Source of the DNA: Catajapyx aquilonaris
Taxonomy: Eukaryota
Direction of reading: 5' to 3'
NCBI GenBank assembly: GCA_000934665.2
Contig: KZ538096.1
Coordinates: 62,001 to 126,000, forward strand
Length of the DNA: 64,000 bases
Shown: positions 12,496 through 25,506 of the stretch, in pieces
How positions within the stretch are numbered: the first letter of the stretch is position 1
Layout of the letters: every line of letters starts with the position of its first letter
The notes under the pieces: model-generated
Database searches by the model: none
Told to the model about the DNA's origin: nothing
The model's input: only the letters and a program-made list of their open reading frames with translations
Program-made: the position numbers and the translations under genes

Positions 12496-15400
12496 TATAT
12501 ACTGTAAAATAATAATTAAACACATAATAATCATATAAGTTATAAATAACGCCGTGTTGTACATATAGACTATTATCATTATTTACACGTAATTACGCGG
12601 CTGGATAGATATTTCGGCGTATCGCGACAATTTTTAGAACAGGTTATTCCTAATAATGTTAGATTAGACGTGGAACTCAGTTTTTCAATATCTGTTGCCT
12701 GAGTGGCGAAATTGTGGGCTTGAAATTTGCGAATTTGAAAATTTTTGCGCTTAAAATGGCCATAGAAGGTGCTGCAAACCAGTCATAATTTTAATTATGA
12801 CAATGGTAGATGATGGCCAATTTCTAGAGCTGCATATTTTTCACTAAAGGTGTTATTTAATAAAATCAAAGATGATTATACGGTGTGGTAACTGCTGAAT
12901 TGGGCATTTCAATGCTGGGGAATCATGCGCAAAAGCCCATTTTAATTGTATTGAAACTATTGTTAGTGAGCAATTCGCGACTCAAAAATGTAACCATTGC
13001 CATAAAATAATATTCAGATGTAAATTTTGGCCGGTTCCTGACCCCTCACGTGGCCATTTTGAATGTAAAAATATTTCAAATTCTCATCTTCCCGACCCAG
13101 ATATTTAAGTACTATGTTTAAATATTTTATCTAATATTATTAGAAAACCTTCCTCTTAAGTTACATTTGTACTATACACCCCAGAAAGAGTTTGCGCCGA
13201 AGTAATTCATGCTCCAAATCGGCATATATTACTAAGCAAAAGTAAGCGTCACATAGCCCGCCATTTTGGGTCCAGGTCAAGCCGGCGCTGATGTTAGTAC
13301 AAAGCTTTGTCATGACGTTTATTTGGCACTTGACCCGCCGGGTGATCCACGTCTGACATTCTCCCGAGGAAAAGTACCCGACGTAAACCTGCGCATTTTA
13401 AAGAGGCCGCAGCATTCAATAGCACACGCCCCAGCGTATTTTTTTTTTTAATCTTGCGCTTTTGTCGCTTTCTTCCCCACCCCCTCCCCCATCTCCCCTC
13501 TTAGTTCCATCGTCCCCCTTCTTCCCCGCCCTAGGACTAAGACTGTCAGCCGGCGTGAAAAATGAGGCTTCTTTCCAAAATGTGCATACAACTGGCATTT
13601 CATTAGGTTGACAGTGGATAGAAATTAGCAAGGCTACACTGTCAACGGAATTCCTAAACTTGGCCTCCAATATGGCCAAATCAAATTACAGCTTCTTCAC
13701 GTTTGACTCTTGTCAATTTGGGGGGTGTCAATGTCTGACCGGAATGCGAATGTCAAAAAAATGGAGGTACAATGGTCGACCTGGTGACAGCTGCGTTGCT
13801 TTCGTTTCACGTGACTGAATGACAAAAAAAAAATGGTCACGTGTCTATAATTTTGTATATGCATGCGACTGTTTAGAATGCTTTTTTTTTGTTGGTAAGT
13901 GTCGGGCAATGACACCATTGATACATCATTACAATAGACCGTGTTCAATTTGGCCCCCCTCATGTTCACAGTGGGCGTCAATGGTAGTAGTGGCGAATCA
14001 ATGGGAATGTATTCGGGGTATAGGCTCCGCGTGACAGTTCCATAACCGATAGCTATTGAGCGTCCCGCACTGATAGTTTAACCACCTACCGCACACATAC
14101 ACATGCACACACATATGAGGAGTCAATATTCTGGCCACACTCGCGCTCTTGTTCCGCACGACCGCGATAATAACATCTCCGATTAATACTACATTAATCT
14201 GCCCCGCATTTTGCATGCAACTCATACGTCACGACTTTCATACGATGCATGAATGCTCTCTATTTAAAAATTGTGCAGTTCGACTCTATAATTTCCCGGA
14301 ATCCAGAATTAATTTTACGGTATACCACAATTATTTTTTAAGTAGTTTTTCCTAATAATATTAGATGAAAATTTTAAGTATACGTTATAGGGAAAATCAG
14401 GGCTTGAAATATGGTTTTTTAAATGACAAAAGGCACATTTTTTGACTTTTAATTTTTTAAATACAAATTGCAGATGCTGGCAAATTTTTATTCGCGAACA
14501 ATTATAGTAAAATTTAAAATGAGCGTGTAATACTCCGTCTCATAGCACCAACCATATAATACTTGTACAAGAAAGGGGGTTGACTTTCTCTGGAACAAAT
14601 TGTCCGAGGTCAGTTGAGCCACTTATGGGACATTGAGGGTCTCCAGCTTGCACAAAAAGAGTCCCCTTTCCTAAATCAAACCCCGCAGTTTGTGGCGATT
14701 TCCATGGTCCTTTTCCCCCGGAATGGATGGAATTTGAAGTGAGGCGCCAACTCCCTGCGATCAAAATGCCGCTTCCCAACGTTTATGACGCTGTTGGGAG
14801 ATATTATGGCCGCGGGACAAGATCATAAACATCACGGAAGGGGAAGCTGTGAGCAGAGGGAAAATTTTTTGGAGAGAAGCAACAGGCTTTGATACTTTAT
14901 ATGTATGGGAATTCGGAAGGCAACAGTTGCCAACTCAAACCCCCCTTTTATAGGTCTGTAGGTATTCTTCTAAAAAGGAAGGAAGGTCGAGGGGGGGGGG
15001 AAAACTTTTATTATATGAACTTGACTCTTGCCCTTTGAAGGAATGGGCCCTGCGCTGTTAATCCTTCTAAAGCACTTTCCGAACGATTTGATGACAAGCG
15101 TGTTATTAATTCTTGTGCAGAAAAGGTATAGGCCGATTTCACAAAAAATGTACCACTTTAATAAAATTTGATGTATTTTTTATAAATAAAATGTGCAAAA
15201 ACGGGCTATTCGACTATTTCCTGAAGACAGGCGACAAAGAGTTAAAAGTTATCGAAAAGATTCGCGTCCATACCCGGATGTCTGATTGCACCAAAGAAAA
15301 CGATTCGATAGCTTCTTAACCGATCGTTGGGACATGTTAAAAGGGCTCCTAACGATCCATTAGGAGCTATCGGATCGGTAATTTCGGTTGGTGCAATCGG

Positions 15401-15841
15401 GCATAAATGTAATACTTTTTTGTTAAATTTTATCAAAATGTCTCTCTATAAGAGGGTTTGCGCCATTATAAAAACGATTGTGAATAAATAACTAAATGAA
15501 TAACTTGTCAATACCAGTAAGAGTATGGGAGTTCTCTAAAGTTTGGTCGGTAATACATCGTGTTCCAAATTTTTAATAATTGATATCGCCCGATAGTTGT
15601 TATTTTTGTAGCTTGTTATGCCCCTATCAATGTGCCCCATTCTATACCAACTGCTATATTCGACCCCCTGGGAGTATTGAGGCACCTCTCTGGTAGGGGC
15701 ATAGCAAGCTACAAAAAATAACTGTATATACTATCGGGCGATATCAGTTGTGCTGTAGCGAGGTGCCCCATTACTCCCAGGGGGTCAAATATAGCAGTTG
15801 CTAACTTGCTATAGAATGGCGCACCATGGAGTGGATCAGAA

Positions 15842-16257
15842 TGGATTCATCAAATGTCGCATAAGTCAAATTTTCGTCGTAACGGGTAGTAACCCTAGTT
15901 ACTAATAGGCCTAATATTAACTAACTATATGGTTACGACCGACCGAAGCAGGTTGGTGTAGGGGATAAGGAGCCCGCCTGATAATGGGGAGGTCATGGGT
16001 TCGAATCCCGGGGCCGGCGACCCTGACCATGGTTTCTGTGGTTTTCTGTGGTTTTCTATGGTCCCCTCCGGGGTCGTTTCCGTAAAAAAAATAGGCCACA
16101 GCCGCTTCCTTTCTTCCTTCCTTCCCTATCCCTGGTCCCATCTAATGGTGGTAATCCACCCTCCTAAGGGAGCCAAAGGCTCTAGCACGGGGTATGAAAT
16201 AAATATGGTTACGACCGGTTACGACGAAAATTTGACTTGCGACATTTGATGAATCCA
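15842..16257. mobile_element. MITE with ~40-bp TIRs nested in M1
   Basis: TGGATTCATCAAATGTCGCA(TA)AGTCAAATTTTCGTCGTAAC at 15842 and its reverse complement ending at 16257. Confidence 0.75.
15942..16202 (+). mobile_element. SINE family A (copy 4, diverged, with a different tail)
   Basis: tRNA head with GGTTCGAATCC; 15-bp TSD ATATGGTTACGACCG (15927-15941 / 16203-16217). Confidence 0.88.
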
Positions 16258-17387
16258 CCGCCTGCTGGTTAGGAGCATAACAAGCTACAAATAATAACTG
16301 TATCGGGCAATATCAGTTATATAAAAAACTACCCACGAATTTGGAACACCCTGTATATATAAGATTGCTAAGAAAAAATTTTTTAAGTTGATAAAAGTGT
16401 TCCTAAATACCCATGATCTACCGTTGACGACCTAAGTGTATTCACTCGAGAATAATTGCTTGCGGTGTCGGTCCTCCTCTCCAGCAATAAGTCCATATTC
16501 CTGACAAATCTGGCCGGTAACCCTAACAAACTCGCGCGACGTGTTGGCAGCTTGGTTTCCTAATAATATGACCTGCTATTTCACTCGCACCTCTAAATCA
16601 CGCTTCATCCCAGAGCAATTATTGCGGCAAGTGGGCGCTATTAACAGCTCACAATTCACGCTCCACATTTCCCTCGGGGGGAATAGAAAGGAGATAAATC
16701 ACCTATTTTATTGCCTAGATGCTTTCACATGCACCCAACATCAGCCATGGCTTGGCTAACCCAAAAAAAGGTGGCGTCCAACTCGTGTCCAACAGCTTTG
16801 CAGGACACATGTGCCGTTTGGAGTTTCTTAGGGAGGGGTTTTCCTGCGGGTAGAGGGGGCTTGTGAGCGGAGCTCTGGTGGCGTGGAATGCCAGGCATGT
16901 TCCAGTCTTTCCACTTGGAAATTACAAAGGCTCTTTGTGCACGTGAAGTTCGGGGAGATGGCTGCAAGACAGCTGTCCGCCGCCGACGGATGACTGATGT
17001 CGCTCCCGGAAAATCTATCGCGCACCAGCCTCTTTCCACGAGTTGCAGATCGCCAGCTTCATATGTGATCCGGAACTAGTCTAACGCACAAAGGGAATCT
17101 TGTGATGCAGCAGCCTCCCACTGACGGACTATATAAAGACGCGTTTTTTTACACTTTTTTGTATGTTTGCAAATGGCGGCGTCTGTACGACGCTTGTTCT
17201 CATCCAGAGGGTAGAGCGGCATAATCGCTGACGGCATCGCTGTTTTCAGGCGACAATGAGGTTTTGTTGCGCTTGCACATCCTGTCTGCGCATTTATCTG
17301 ATTGGCGAGAATTGACTTGGGCGGAGCTTAACAAATTCCAGATGGTTGTGGTTATCGAAAGAATAGTTGGAGCAACCAAGTGGTTGA

Positions 17388-17753
<366 letters not shown>

Positions 17754-20700
17754 ATCTTATATACCCAGCTCCAAAACAAAGAAAAAGATAAAAAGAATCT
17801 CCACACCTTTAGACTGAGTAATAATTATTAATTAACGTATTGTAAAATGAAATTAGGAACCGGCTGCTAGTTTATTATCCCATTCACACAGTTTTTCTCC
17901 TACCAAATGTTGCTCCAGCAAAACTATTTGAAGGCAAAAGCACTTAAAAACATCTACGACGTACTAACAAAAAGGAGCGTCTTTGTTTACATTTCAAACT
18001 GGCTGCCGCCCTCGTCCCAAATTTAGATGATCCCAACGAAAAGGCCCACTTGATTGCATCGCAATTGGCACTGCAGGAACGTGGAAGTAGTTGCTCAACT
18101 TGTTGATTCTTTGAAGAAAAAAAAAGCAAGGCCAAAAAATGTGTCAAAACATGCTTTTAGTCCACAATGTCAGCCACCTTTTACAAAACAAGAAAGGCTG
18201 ACTGGTGAATGCGATTCTTTGCAGTTGTACAATTATTCATCGTAAGGAACGTCCGAAAGACATTTTTAAAGCCCCCTTTGTAGGAACCTAGTAATTGTAT
18301 AATTGTAGATAAATGGAAAAACAAATTTTATTATTAAATTATTTCGCTTTTAATCAACGGCTCTCACATGCAGCTATTCGCCACTCTGCCTTTGAACATC
18401 TGACGCCTAGTCCACACGCTCCGGACCTCACCCCCGAAGAGAACAAACATTCAAGCCGAACGATTTGCTGGACACCACAATCCTTTAGCGCCAATTGTGA
18501 CAATGCTAAAAGAAGAAGACAAAAAAAATTATCCATCATAAAGAACAGGCCCCCTCCTTTTAGCTCTTATACCGACTCGGCCGTCAAGTCACACTCCCTT
18601 TAGGCTGTGAATACGCGACGTACTTGTGGCTAGACGTTTTTTGCAAGTAGAACGTCTGGATGAGCTGTCAGGTATGACAGGGCGATATAGGCGAGCAGGT
18701 AGAGGTCAAGACCCCACGTAAGGAGCGACCTCCACGTTTCTCTCCGAACTTTGTTAGGCTTACCGTTTCCAAACCACATCGCGATACAACAAAAAAGCAA
18801 AACCGGTGACTAGCTAACTTGAAAAGAAGAAAAAAAAGGTTCACAGTCTCCTGTAGAGTAGAAGGCTTGACGCTGCAGTACAGTGCTGTGACTACCCCCA
18901 TTTATCCCACCCTATCCCCTATCCCTCCTCCCCCAAAAAACGTGTGTAAGTTATTATGCCTGTTATTCTATACTATAGATGTTTGTTTGTATGGTGATGT
19001 TTTCTTCGTGTGCAAAATCCGTGTTGCACATCCTGTAATAGGCTAATTTGTACGTATACGTAGGTTTAGCGTCCTCGGGAAATAATAGCTGGCTATCAGT
19101 GTTGGTGCAGCAGAAAGCGGACTCGCCATCAGGAAAACATATACCAACACCAAAAAGCAAAAAATTTGGGGCCTAAGTATTTGCTAACAACTAGCCCAGT
19201 GACTCCTCTTACACCATCCACCTATCAGTTGAATATTTTATGGAAGGAATCGAGCTCCAGGAACGTTCTATAAGCCTACAATGCGTTGTGCAATTCAGTA
19301 ACTATTTTTTTCTAATTTTGTGTGAATGTAGTTTTACTGTTCTTTCCAGTCTATACTGATTGTTGTGAAAATGGCCATGTAAGGGAACACATTCGCGTAG
19401 TTCCGGTACAAAGTTTAATATATTTTATTTTTTGTTGGTGGTGATGTCCCCGGGATCGAACTTCAGTATTATTCTATACATCGGATACTCTGAATGCTTG
19501 AGTTTTGGAGGTCTCTTTCATCCAACAGCGCAATACAAGGGTCACAGTGTACGTTCTGGGCTGCTTTTCCTTTTGTGTTCTTCTTTGCTCTCAAACTAAA
19601 CGGAAAATGTTCCTTTATAGTCTTACGGTCAAGCTGTTTCAACTCTAAGACATTTCAGTGACAATGTCTAAGTAATGTTGATGGAGAGAATATTATGACA
19701 TTAGGCACGTTCCTTTTGCAGAATATGGGCTACATTGCTCCTGCTCTAACAAACGTCAAATTCGCCCCAAAATTTTAAAATTTGATGTACAAATAGGATA
19801 ATACGGAATGTTATCCAAATAGTCAATGTAAAAAATGAAAGCAATGTTTAAAATTTATAATGGGAGGTACTGGGTACCTCCACTAATCTCTTACGCTCCT
19901 CGCCAATTGGTGCCGTGTTTCACTAGTAACGTACTTGCCTATAATAATTAACCAATTAATTGCGTACACACCACTACGTTTGATTAAAACCCTCCAGTAC
20001 CTATATTCTCATAAGGAACCTGCTGTTAATGCTAATGTAAATGTGTTACTGTGTGGTAAATTACCCAATATGGATAGAATATTCAAAAGCTGATCCTATA
20101 TGGTTACAAATATACAGATTTTTATGATGCTCAGCTTGCACTCAAATGGTTGACTTCTTGTGACATGGGACCCACACGCCGCATTTTCATAACATGGTTG
20201 ACAGTGTCTATGTATCTACTTGTAAGTCATCCACAATAAGCCATGACAAGCCAGGAAAATGCCACGAACTGTTCCAAACGAAAATGATTTTCGGAGTCCG
20301 TTTTGGAAGTAAGAGAAACAAAACAAAATAAAACTGGTCACTAATAGCATTTAGCGCTCTCCTCAAAGCAAGTGCAAGGAAAAGGTGTAAATCAAATGGT
20401 CGCAACCTAAAGGCGTCGCAACGCACTACGTCAGAATCAGCAAACAAAGAGCAAATTCCAATTGCGCTCTCTTCCACACAAAAAATACTCAGACTATAGT
20501 AGGGAGTATTCACGTTAACCTGTAATGATAGACCTATAGGCATCGACCTTAGTCATCCAATATACCGGTAGTTCACATAGAGCGGTGTGATTGAACGCTG
20601 CTAACCCCATCAAACGAGCAAGTTACTATTAGATCTATTTATGACAGCGGTAAAGAAAGAAAAAAATAATAAACCAAGTAGTGTTTTGATTTGAATCCTT

Positions 20701-20770
20701 TGATACCTCTTTGTGCTTGTAGCCTGCATGCCAAAAAAAAATAAAAACAAAAAACGTTTTAAGTATTGAC
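17754..20770 (+). other. Scr: Putative long Scr 3' UTR
   Basis: AT-rich and free of recognisable repeats. The first canonical AATAAA hexamers I found are at 20327, 20668 and 20740. The 3' end is inferred. Confidence 0.5.
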
Positions 20771-23700
20771 CAGTGAGTATATAGGCCTATGAGACGACAA
20801 TTTGTGAAAACGGGATGTGTAATTAATGTGTGGGCCGGGGAGTTACGGAAAACAATGGAAAGCAATATCTACGAAATGCCTTTTTTTGGTTTGCCTGTAA
20901 CGATATCCTTCTTTTTGTCTGTGTCTTTGTAGAGAAGCTATGTGCGATGTGCATAATATAACTTACTAAATGTATTAGAAAGAGAAGTAATTATATTCCC
21001 AATATTGTCTCTTGTGTAGTCTAAACTGAAAGGGTCAGTGCGAAAGAGGCCGATTTCTGCAGGAAACGACAAAAAATACCTGCGCCTTGTTCTCACTTCT
21101 GGCTTTTGTTTGTCATTTGTTCGCACCTGTTTCAGATGTGCCGGTAAGGACTATAATACTATCGGGGTCTTCCATCCAAAACTTTCCCGCCCTTTTGTCA
21201 AATTTTTAAGATGACGATGTTTCCCTAGACATCGGATTCTTACGCTCAACCCTCTACTTATTTTATTCCATGGAAAATGTCCCCAAGCCACATTCTCTCA
21301 CTTTCACGTGGCCCACTGTTTTCATCCGCTGAAACAAGCAAGTTAGTAAATTCTCGTTTGTTTGCCATCAGAGCCGACTCGCGGTTCCCTAATACGACCA
21401 CACTAGCTTACGACACTTGTTTACTAACTTGTTTGTTTTATTGCGGCCCACCTTTATGCCCAAAAAAAGTCAAAAACTCCAAGCACCGGATACTTCATAT
21501 CCCTCATCGTCACATCATCAGTGATTGGTTCTGTGCTGATTTAACAATATCTCTGATTTTCATAGAATACCAAGATCAAGATTTGGTGAGTAACCTTTAA
21601 TTTTTTTGACATGTTGTGATTTTTGGGGGGGGTCTCAAATGTGTGTATGACAAAAATTTGCTTTCCAGCGATGTTCTGCATGGTATAATTCGGGGGCCAT
21701 GTTCTTCATAAATTCTTCGTTGTCACAAGCCTGTAATGCCACAACAAGGCCACTGATAAAAAAGTACAGCAGCAACTCCTGAGCTTGTGGAGGTGGGGAG
21801 ATCACGCTTAAAATAGGATTGCGAAGATCCATGCCCTTCCGTATCCAAAAATAAATCTTTGCCGTTGACAGAAATTTTTGGGATGAACTTCGAAGAATAT
21901 CTTAGTAGATGCAACAATATTCTTCTCATGCTGGTATAAAACTGCGGCACAGGTTTCCTACAATTATCTGGCCATAATCTGAAATAATTCTGATCAGGAA
22001 GTGTGGGGACAGTATTGGCTCATTCCCATCATTGGCTGAGTCTGTGGGTGCTCAAATAATTGACAAAAATTACATTATACATTGATAAAATTCACAAATT
22101 TTCGAGTACTATCACCTATACTGAACTTGTAACATATGACACCATTTTAAGTGCTAACATTACAGCTTACAAGACCCAACACACTTTTCCTCGCGTTCTA
22201 CTATAGTAACGCGGTTCGATTTCCTCATAAATAATGAATGATCGCATATTCGATACCGTAAAACACACTCAGAAATATCTCAGTGCCTATCAAATGAAGA
22301 TTGACCTGATAGCCGTTATATAACACAATGCAGGAAATTGCCGACCACAGGACGTGATGTAATCTCTTATCCCATTAGCAAGGAATCGAATTTGGCCACA
22401 CTAAGTTAGGGAGGTAGAGTCCATTTTATCTGAAATTTTTTGGGGATAGTGTTGTACTTTTTAGTAAGATAAATAAATACAGTGCCAGTTTATGCTTGCA
22501 CACCATGTTAGAATTTTAAATGTGCATTTTTCAACCCTAGCCCTAATGAAATATCACCATGTCTGCACCACCATCCACCAAATTCAAATCCGCCTATTTT
22601 CCAAATACACACAAAAAAAGGAACAAATGAGGAAAAAGTGTTTATTCTGCACAAATGAAACCCCAGCGTCGGGGTAAGGTTAGCAATTAGTCAACCGTGG
22701 CTGCATTTTCATCGAACACGGCAGTCGGTGCGAGAGAGGCCCCCAACGTTATGGAGCCCTCCCCGTATTTTCCGGGATCCCCTTTCATTGTGCACCTCTT
22801 TCAAGCAATACGTGGCTTTCAAGTTGAGGGATTTTTATTCCGCGTTTGGAAAACCGCAGCGTGTAGTGTATAACCCCCCCCCCCCCCNNNNNNNNNTGGG
22901 ATGGGTGGGGAAGGTGTGGGGGGGAAAAATATATATACAGACTTTATGCAGGCGACATTTTTTTTTTTTTTGGAGTGTCGCTTACTTACCCGTTCAATGC
23001 TGAGGGGGTACTAGATCCACAGGAAATAAATCATTTCTGTGTGGATGCTTCTTAGCAAGTGAAACACAAGCGCTCCGACGCGCGACGTTCGGTGTGTGTT
23101 TTCAGGGGGGTGTCACCCCCCCCCCCCCCCCCCCCNCCCCCTACCCCTTCCAGCCCATTCGCCGCCCTATACCACATCCAACTTTCAAATTCGAGCTTCA
23201 CCGGGGCAGAAGAAAGCCGATTTATCAATTCGGGCATTTCGCTAATTATTGTTCACCACTACCGATCCCGCATTATTAAAATCATTTCACCTGAAACTAT
23301 TTTTCCAGTTTCGTCGCGATCAAGAATTTTGAGTTTAAAAAAAATTTAATATTAATACTCATTTTTTTTGTAATACTTGGTTACACACAGGAAATTGTCG
23401 GGTCTTTGATCAGCAATTACCATTTTGAATATCAATTGAGGTGTCATTTGGCGATGAACAAGATATATTCGAAAATTCTGTAATTGCTGCATACATATCA
23501 TAGAAAACCCGTTTTCTTGTTGGATTATATTGATTATAGGCTACCGGTTGTAATCTCAGGAAAGTTGTACAATGTACATACAAGTTTGCTTGCGACAGGA
23601 TAATGGACATGTCAAATACAATGGAATAAATAAGTTGTCATAACTACTCTCTAATTCGTTTGTGGCTTTCTTCCCAATATCTTTTAAATATTTCTGCATT

Positions 23701-23793
23701 TTAAATTCTTTGAAATAGCGCCAGTTGACCGCTTCTTTACTCTGACGTACTGTGCAAATTATTGAATCAGTGCAGTAATAATTACTGTATACG

Positions 23794-24118
23794 TTCACAA
23801 AAATTTGGCGTCGATTTGTTGAAGTACTTTATTCATAACTAGCTGCCATACCCAGCGTTGCTCGGGAAGAAATGAATGGAAAGCAAGCTGAAAAGGACAG
23901 GCAAAAAAAATACATGTAATTAAGAATGTCTTATTAAAGGAAGGCCGGGTCGGAAGGACGGTAGAGGTTGGAGGTGTAGGAGGCGGACCACAGATGGCAG
24001 GCAAATGACGGTTGGCGTTCCAGGCGGACAGACAGACAGACGGATCACAAACTGCTTTATTTATATATAGATTATTATGAATAAAATATTTCAACAAATC
24101 GACGCCAAATTTTGTGAA
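23794..24118. repeat. ~45-bp inverted repeat arms interrupted centrally by the Helitron
   Basis: TTCACAAAAATTTGGCGTCGATTTGTTGAA...TTTATTCATAA (23794-23838) pairs with 24075-24118. Confidence 0.85.
23839..24071 (-). mobile_element. Non-autonomous mini-Helitron (233 bp)
   Basis: On the minus strand it reads A|TCTATATATAAATAAAG...(GTCT)n...CCCGAGCAACGCTGGG hairpin...CTAG|T, i.e. TC/CTAG termini, an AT target, a subterminal hairpin and no TSD. Confidence 0.8.
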
Positions 24119-25429
24119 ATTTACATTTTTAATTCAGTTCCGTATAGGCTACTATTTTAAGTGAAACTTGCCCATTTTCTATCCGTTTCGTTTCACTGTC
24201 TATCCCAAAAATCGACTGCAAAACCCAACGAATCCGCTTTGATCGCAGGCAATAAAACAGTCAGCTCCGATCTGATTTGTCCCTTGCAATTGACCACAGC
24301 CATCAGTACTTTTTTCCCTCGCTATAATGAGTCGGTAATGAAAGGGAGAATAAGTAGCGCTTTTGCAGTTGGGTTTGGCCCTTCCCAAAAAAAAAGAGGA
24401 ACAATGTTGGAAAGTTAGCTGCGGAAGTGTGGGAATTCCCATTGCCTGCCGTCGCTCTGCACTGCAGTAATAAAGGGGGAAATGATTGACACGCGCCCAA
24501 CTAATTGGCGTCATTATCTAGCTTTTAGACTTGCCGTGTTGCTAATTACATGTGGAACGGTTTCCCCTATATTATGTACCAGAGGCGAACGCCAAACCAA
24601 ACTCATCGGTCATTCCCCGCGGGTTCGTCATCTCGTATGGGCTTGTCATGTCGGAAACTTGGCTCATAAATCCTGGCAGATAGCAAAGATAGGTGGTGGA
24701 AGAGTCGCAAGTGAATGCTTCTGTGCGCAGGTGGGCCAAATACACCACCAGATCCTCATATATTCTCATTAGCATCAGCAGGAAGGGCCTCCCTCGGCTC
24801 ATCTTGCACTCCAATTCAACTTTGCCACGCTTTCGAATTAATAAGCCTAATAGGCAGCCAGGAAGGCAGCAGACTATCGTTTTAAAATCCATAGACTAGG
24901 CTAGGTTACTAAGATTTGTAGCCCTACAGCCAGTTTCTGAAAACATTGCGTGATTGACGCGGCAAATGCGCAGGAACGTAGGAATTTCTTGGCAGGTGAA
25001 GTCGGAATATTTTGGGTCAACACGGACCTCTCAACTCGAACTTAGGGGAGGGAATTGCTCAAGATGGCGCCCGACTCGTGTGTGTAAAATATACGAAGAG
25101 GATTCCAAGTGGTAGAAGACGGTGCATCCTTTAACCCACACCTCCGGCCCAAGCGGTGTTTCCCCTTCCTTGAAAACCTCGAGTTTATCCGGAATGGTTG
25201 CCATCTTGAATCGCCTTCTAAGCACCGTGTTTACGCTCAAAATGGCGGAACCGGTCCTTTGAAGGTGGCTATCAAGAGGTGATTCCGAATATATTATTCC
25301 TAACCAGGTGTAGTCTCTCGTCCAAATTCATCAGATTATGCCTTTTCCTTCTCCTAACACCTCCAACCTACCAACCTCAGGGGAAAAAGCCGCTGGGCAG
25401 AGCCCTCGGACCGGTGGTCTGTTATGGTG

Positions 25430-25506
25430 GCCCTCGTGGTCTAACTGGCAGGACACGGGCAGCCTTCTTGCAGCCCGAGGTCCGGGTTCGAGTCCCGGCG
25501 GGGGCG
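25430..25506 (+). pseudogene. tRNA-like sequence (Glu/Asp-type framework) with aberrant anticodon loop
   Basis: Acceptor GCCCTCG/CGGGGGC, D arm GTCT..GGAC, stem CGGGC/GCCCG around a 12-nt loop, and T arm CCGGG-TTCGAGT-CCCGG. Confidence 0.65.

Larger units (their letters stand above)
15556..16353. mobile_element. Tc1/mariner-type MITE family M1 (outer element of a nested stack)
   Basis: Right end TTGGAACACCCTG|TA and degenerate left end TA|CATCGTGTTCCAAAT. Subterminal TTTTTGTAGCTTGTTATGCCCC / AACAAGCTACAAA blocks are shared with 27361-27568 and 60779-61021. Confidence 0.75.

Noticed and set aside
18677..18682. ACAGGG miR-10 seed 6-mer in the 3' UTR
   Set aside because: A single 6-mer with no visible 3' pairing is expected by chance in 3 kb.
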